Program-made: the position numbers and the translations under genes
NCBI RefSeq assembly: GCF_041956535.1
Contig: NW_027192192.1
Coordinates: 1,500,646 to 1,564,645 of the forward strand
Direction: 5' to 3'
Origin: Calcarisporiella thermophila CBS 279.70
Lineage: Eukaryota > Fungi > Calcarisporiellomycota
DNA: 64,000 bases
In this document: positions 63,751 through 64,000 of the stretch, in pieces
Layout of the letters: the number at the start of each line of letters is the position of its first letter
Position numbering within the stretch: the stretch's first letter is position 1
The notes under the pieces: generated by a model
Seen by the model: the letters and a program-made list of their open reading frames with translations, nothing else
Databases searched by the model: none
What the model was told of the DNA's origin: nothing

Positions 63751-64000
63751 AAAAGTTCCAGATTCTCCATGCTTTCTACATTTTCCTATAGATATTCCCC
63801 ATGCACACTCTTAGTTGAGCTTCAGGCGAAGCGCCTAGTAAAGGCAAGGAGGGAATTCGTACAATACGTTAGTCCCTCTCATTTCTATCCAGGACACACA
63901 CATCCTGGTCCCGGATGAAGAACTTATGGCTAATCTGAGCGAGCACCAGCCGTACTCCAAGGATACGCTGATGTAGATGACGTAGCCCGCAGTCTATTAC

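Noticed and set aside
1-64000. tRNA, rRNA or CRISPR arrays
   Set aside because: No cloverleaf, rRNA-like or regularly spaced repeat pattern seen by eye; tRNAscan-SE or Infernal would be needed to exclude them formally.

Overview
Eukaryotic, intron-rich fungal DNA. Short GT-AG introns, a WNK kinase, a DIRS element and a REase-kinase gene suggest an early-diverging lineage such as Mucoromycota or Zoopagomycota (inference). The left half (1-32 kb) is mostly housekeeping genes: a DCAF7-like WD40 protein, an RRM/RGG protein, a histidine acid phosphatase, a subtilisin, ATP14, a Uds1-domain protein, PRP39, a WNK kinase, a Nrd1/Mrn1-like protein and a forkhead factor, plus a Crinkler-like REase-kinase gene. 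The right half is AT-rich and accessory. It has an island of small secreted Cys-rich proteins (32.6-39.4 kb), a bacterial-looking Baeyer-Villiger monooxygenase, Tc1/mariner, Ty3/gypsy and DIRS relics, and a family of CCCTA-ended (CACTA-like) foldback elements. It also has a candidate tailoring-enzyme cluster (BBE-like FAD oxidase, 5'-truncated P450, intronless flavin-dependent halogenase, divergent truncated UDP-glycosyltransferase) with no backbone synthase in view. The two best leads are this halogenase locus and a highly structured, unusually long PRP39 intron with a cryptic 3' splice site that would create a premature stop. Gene models were read by eye, so exon boundaries are approximate.
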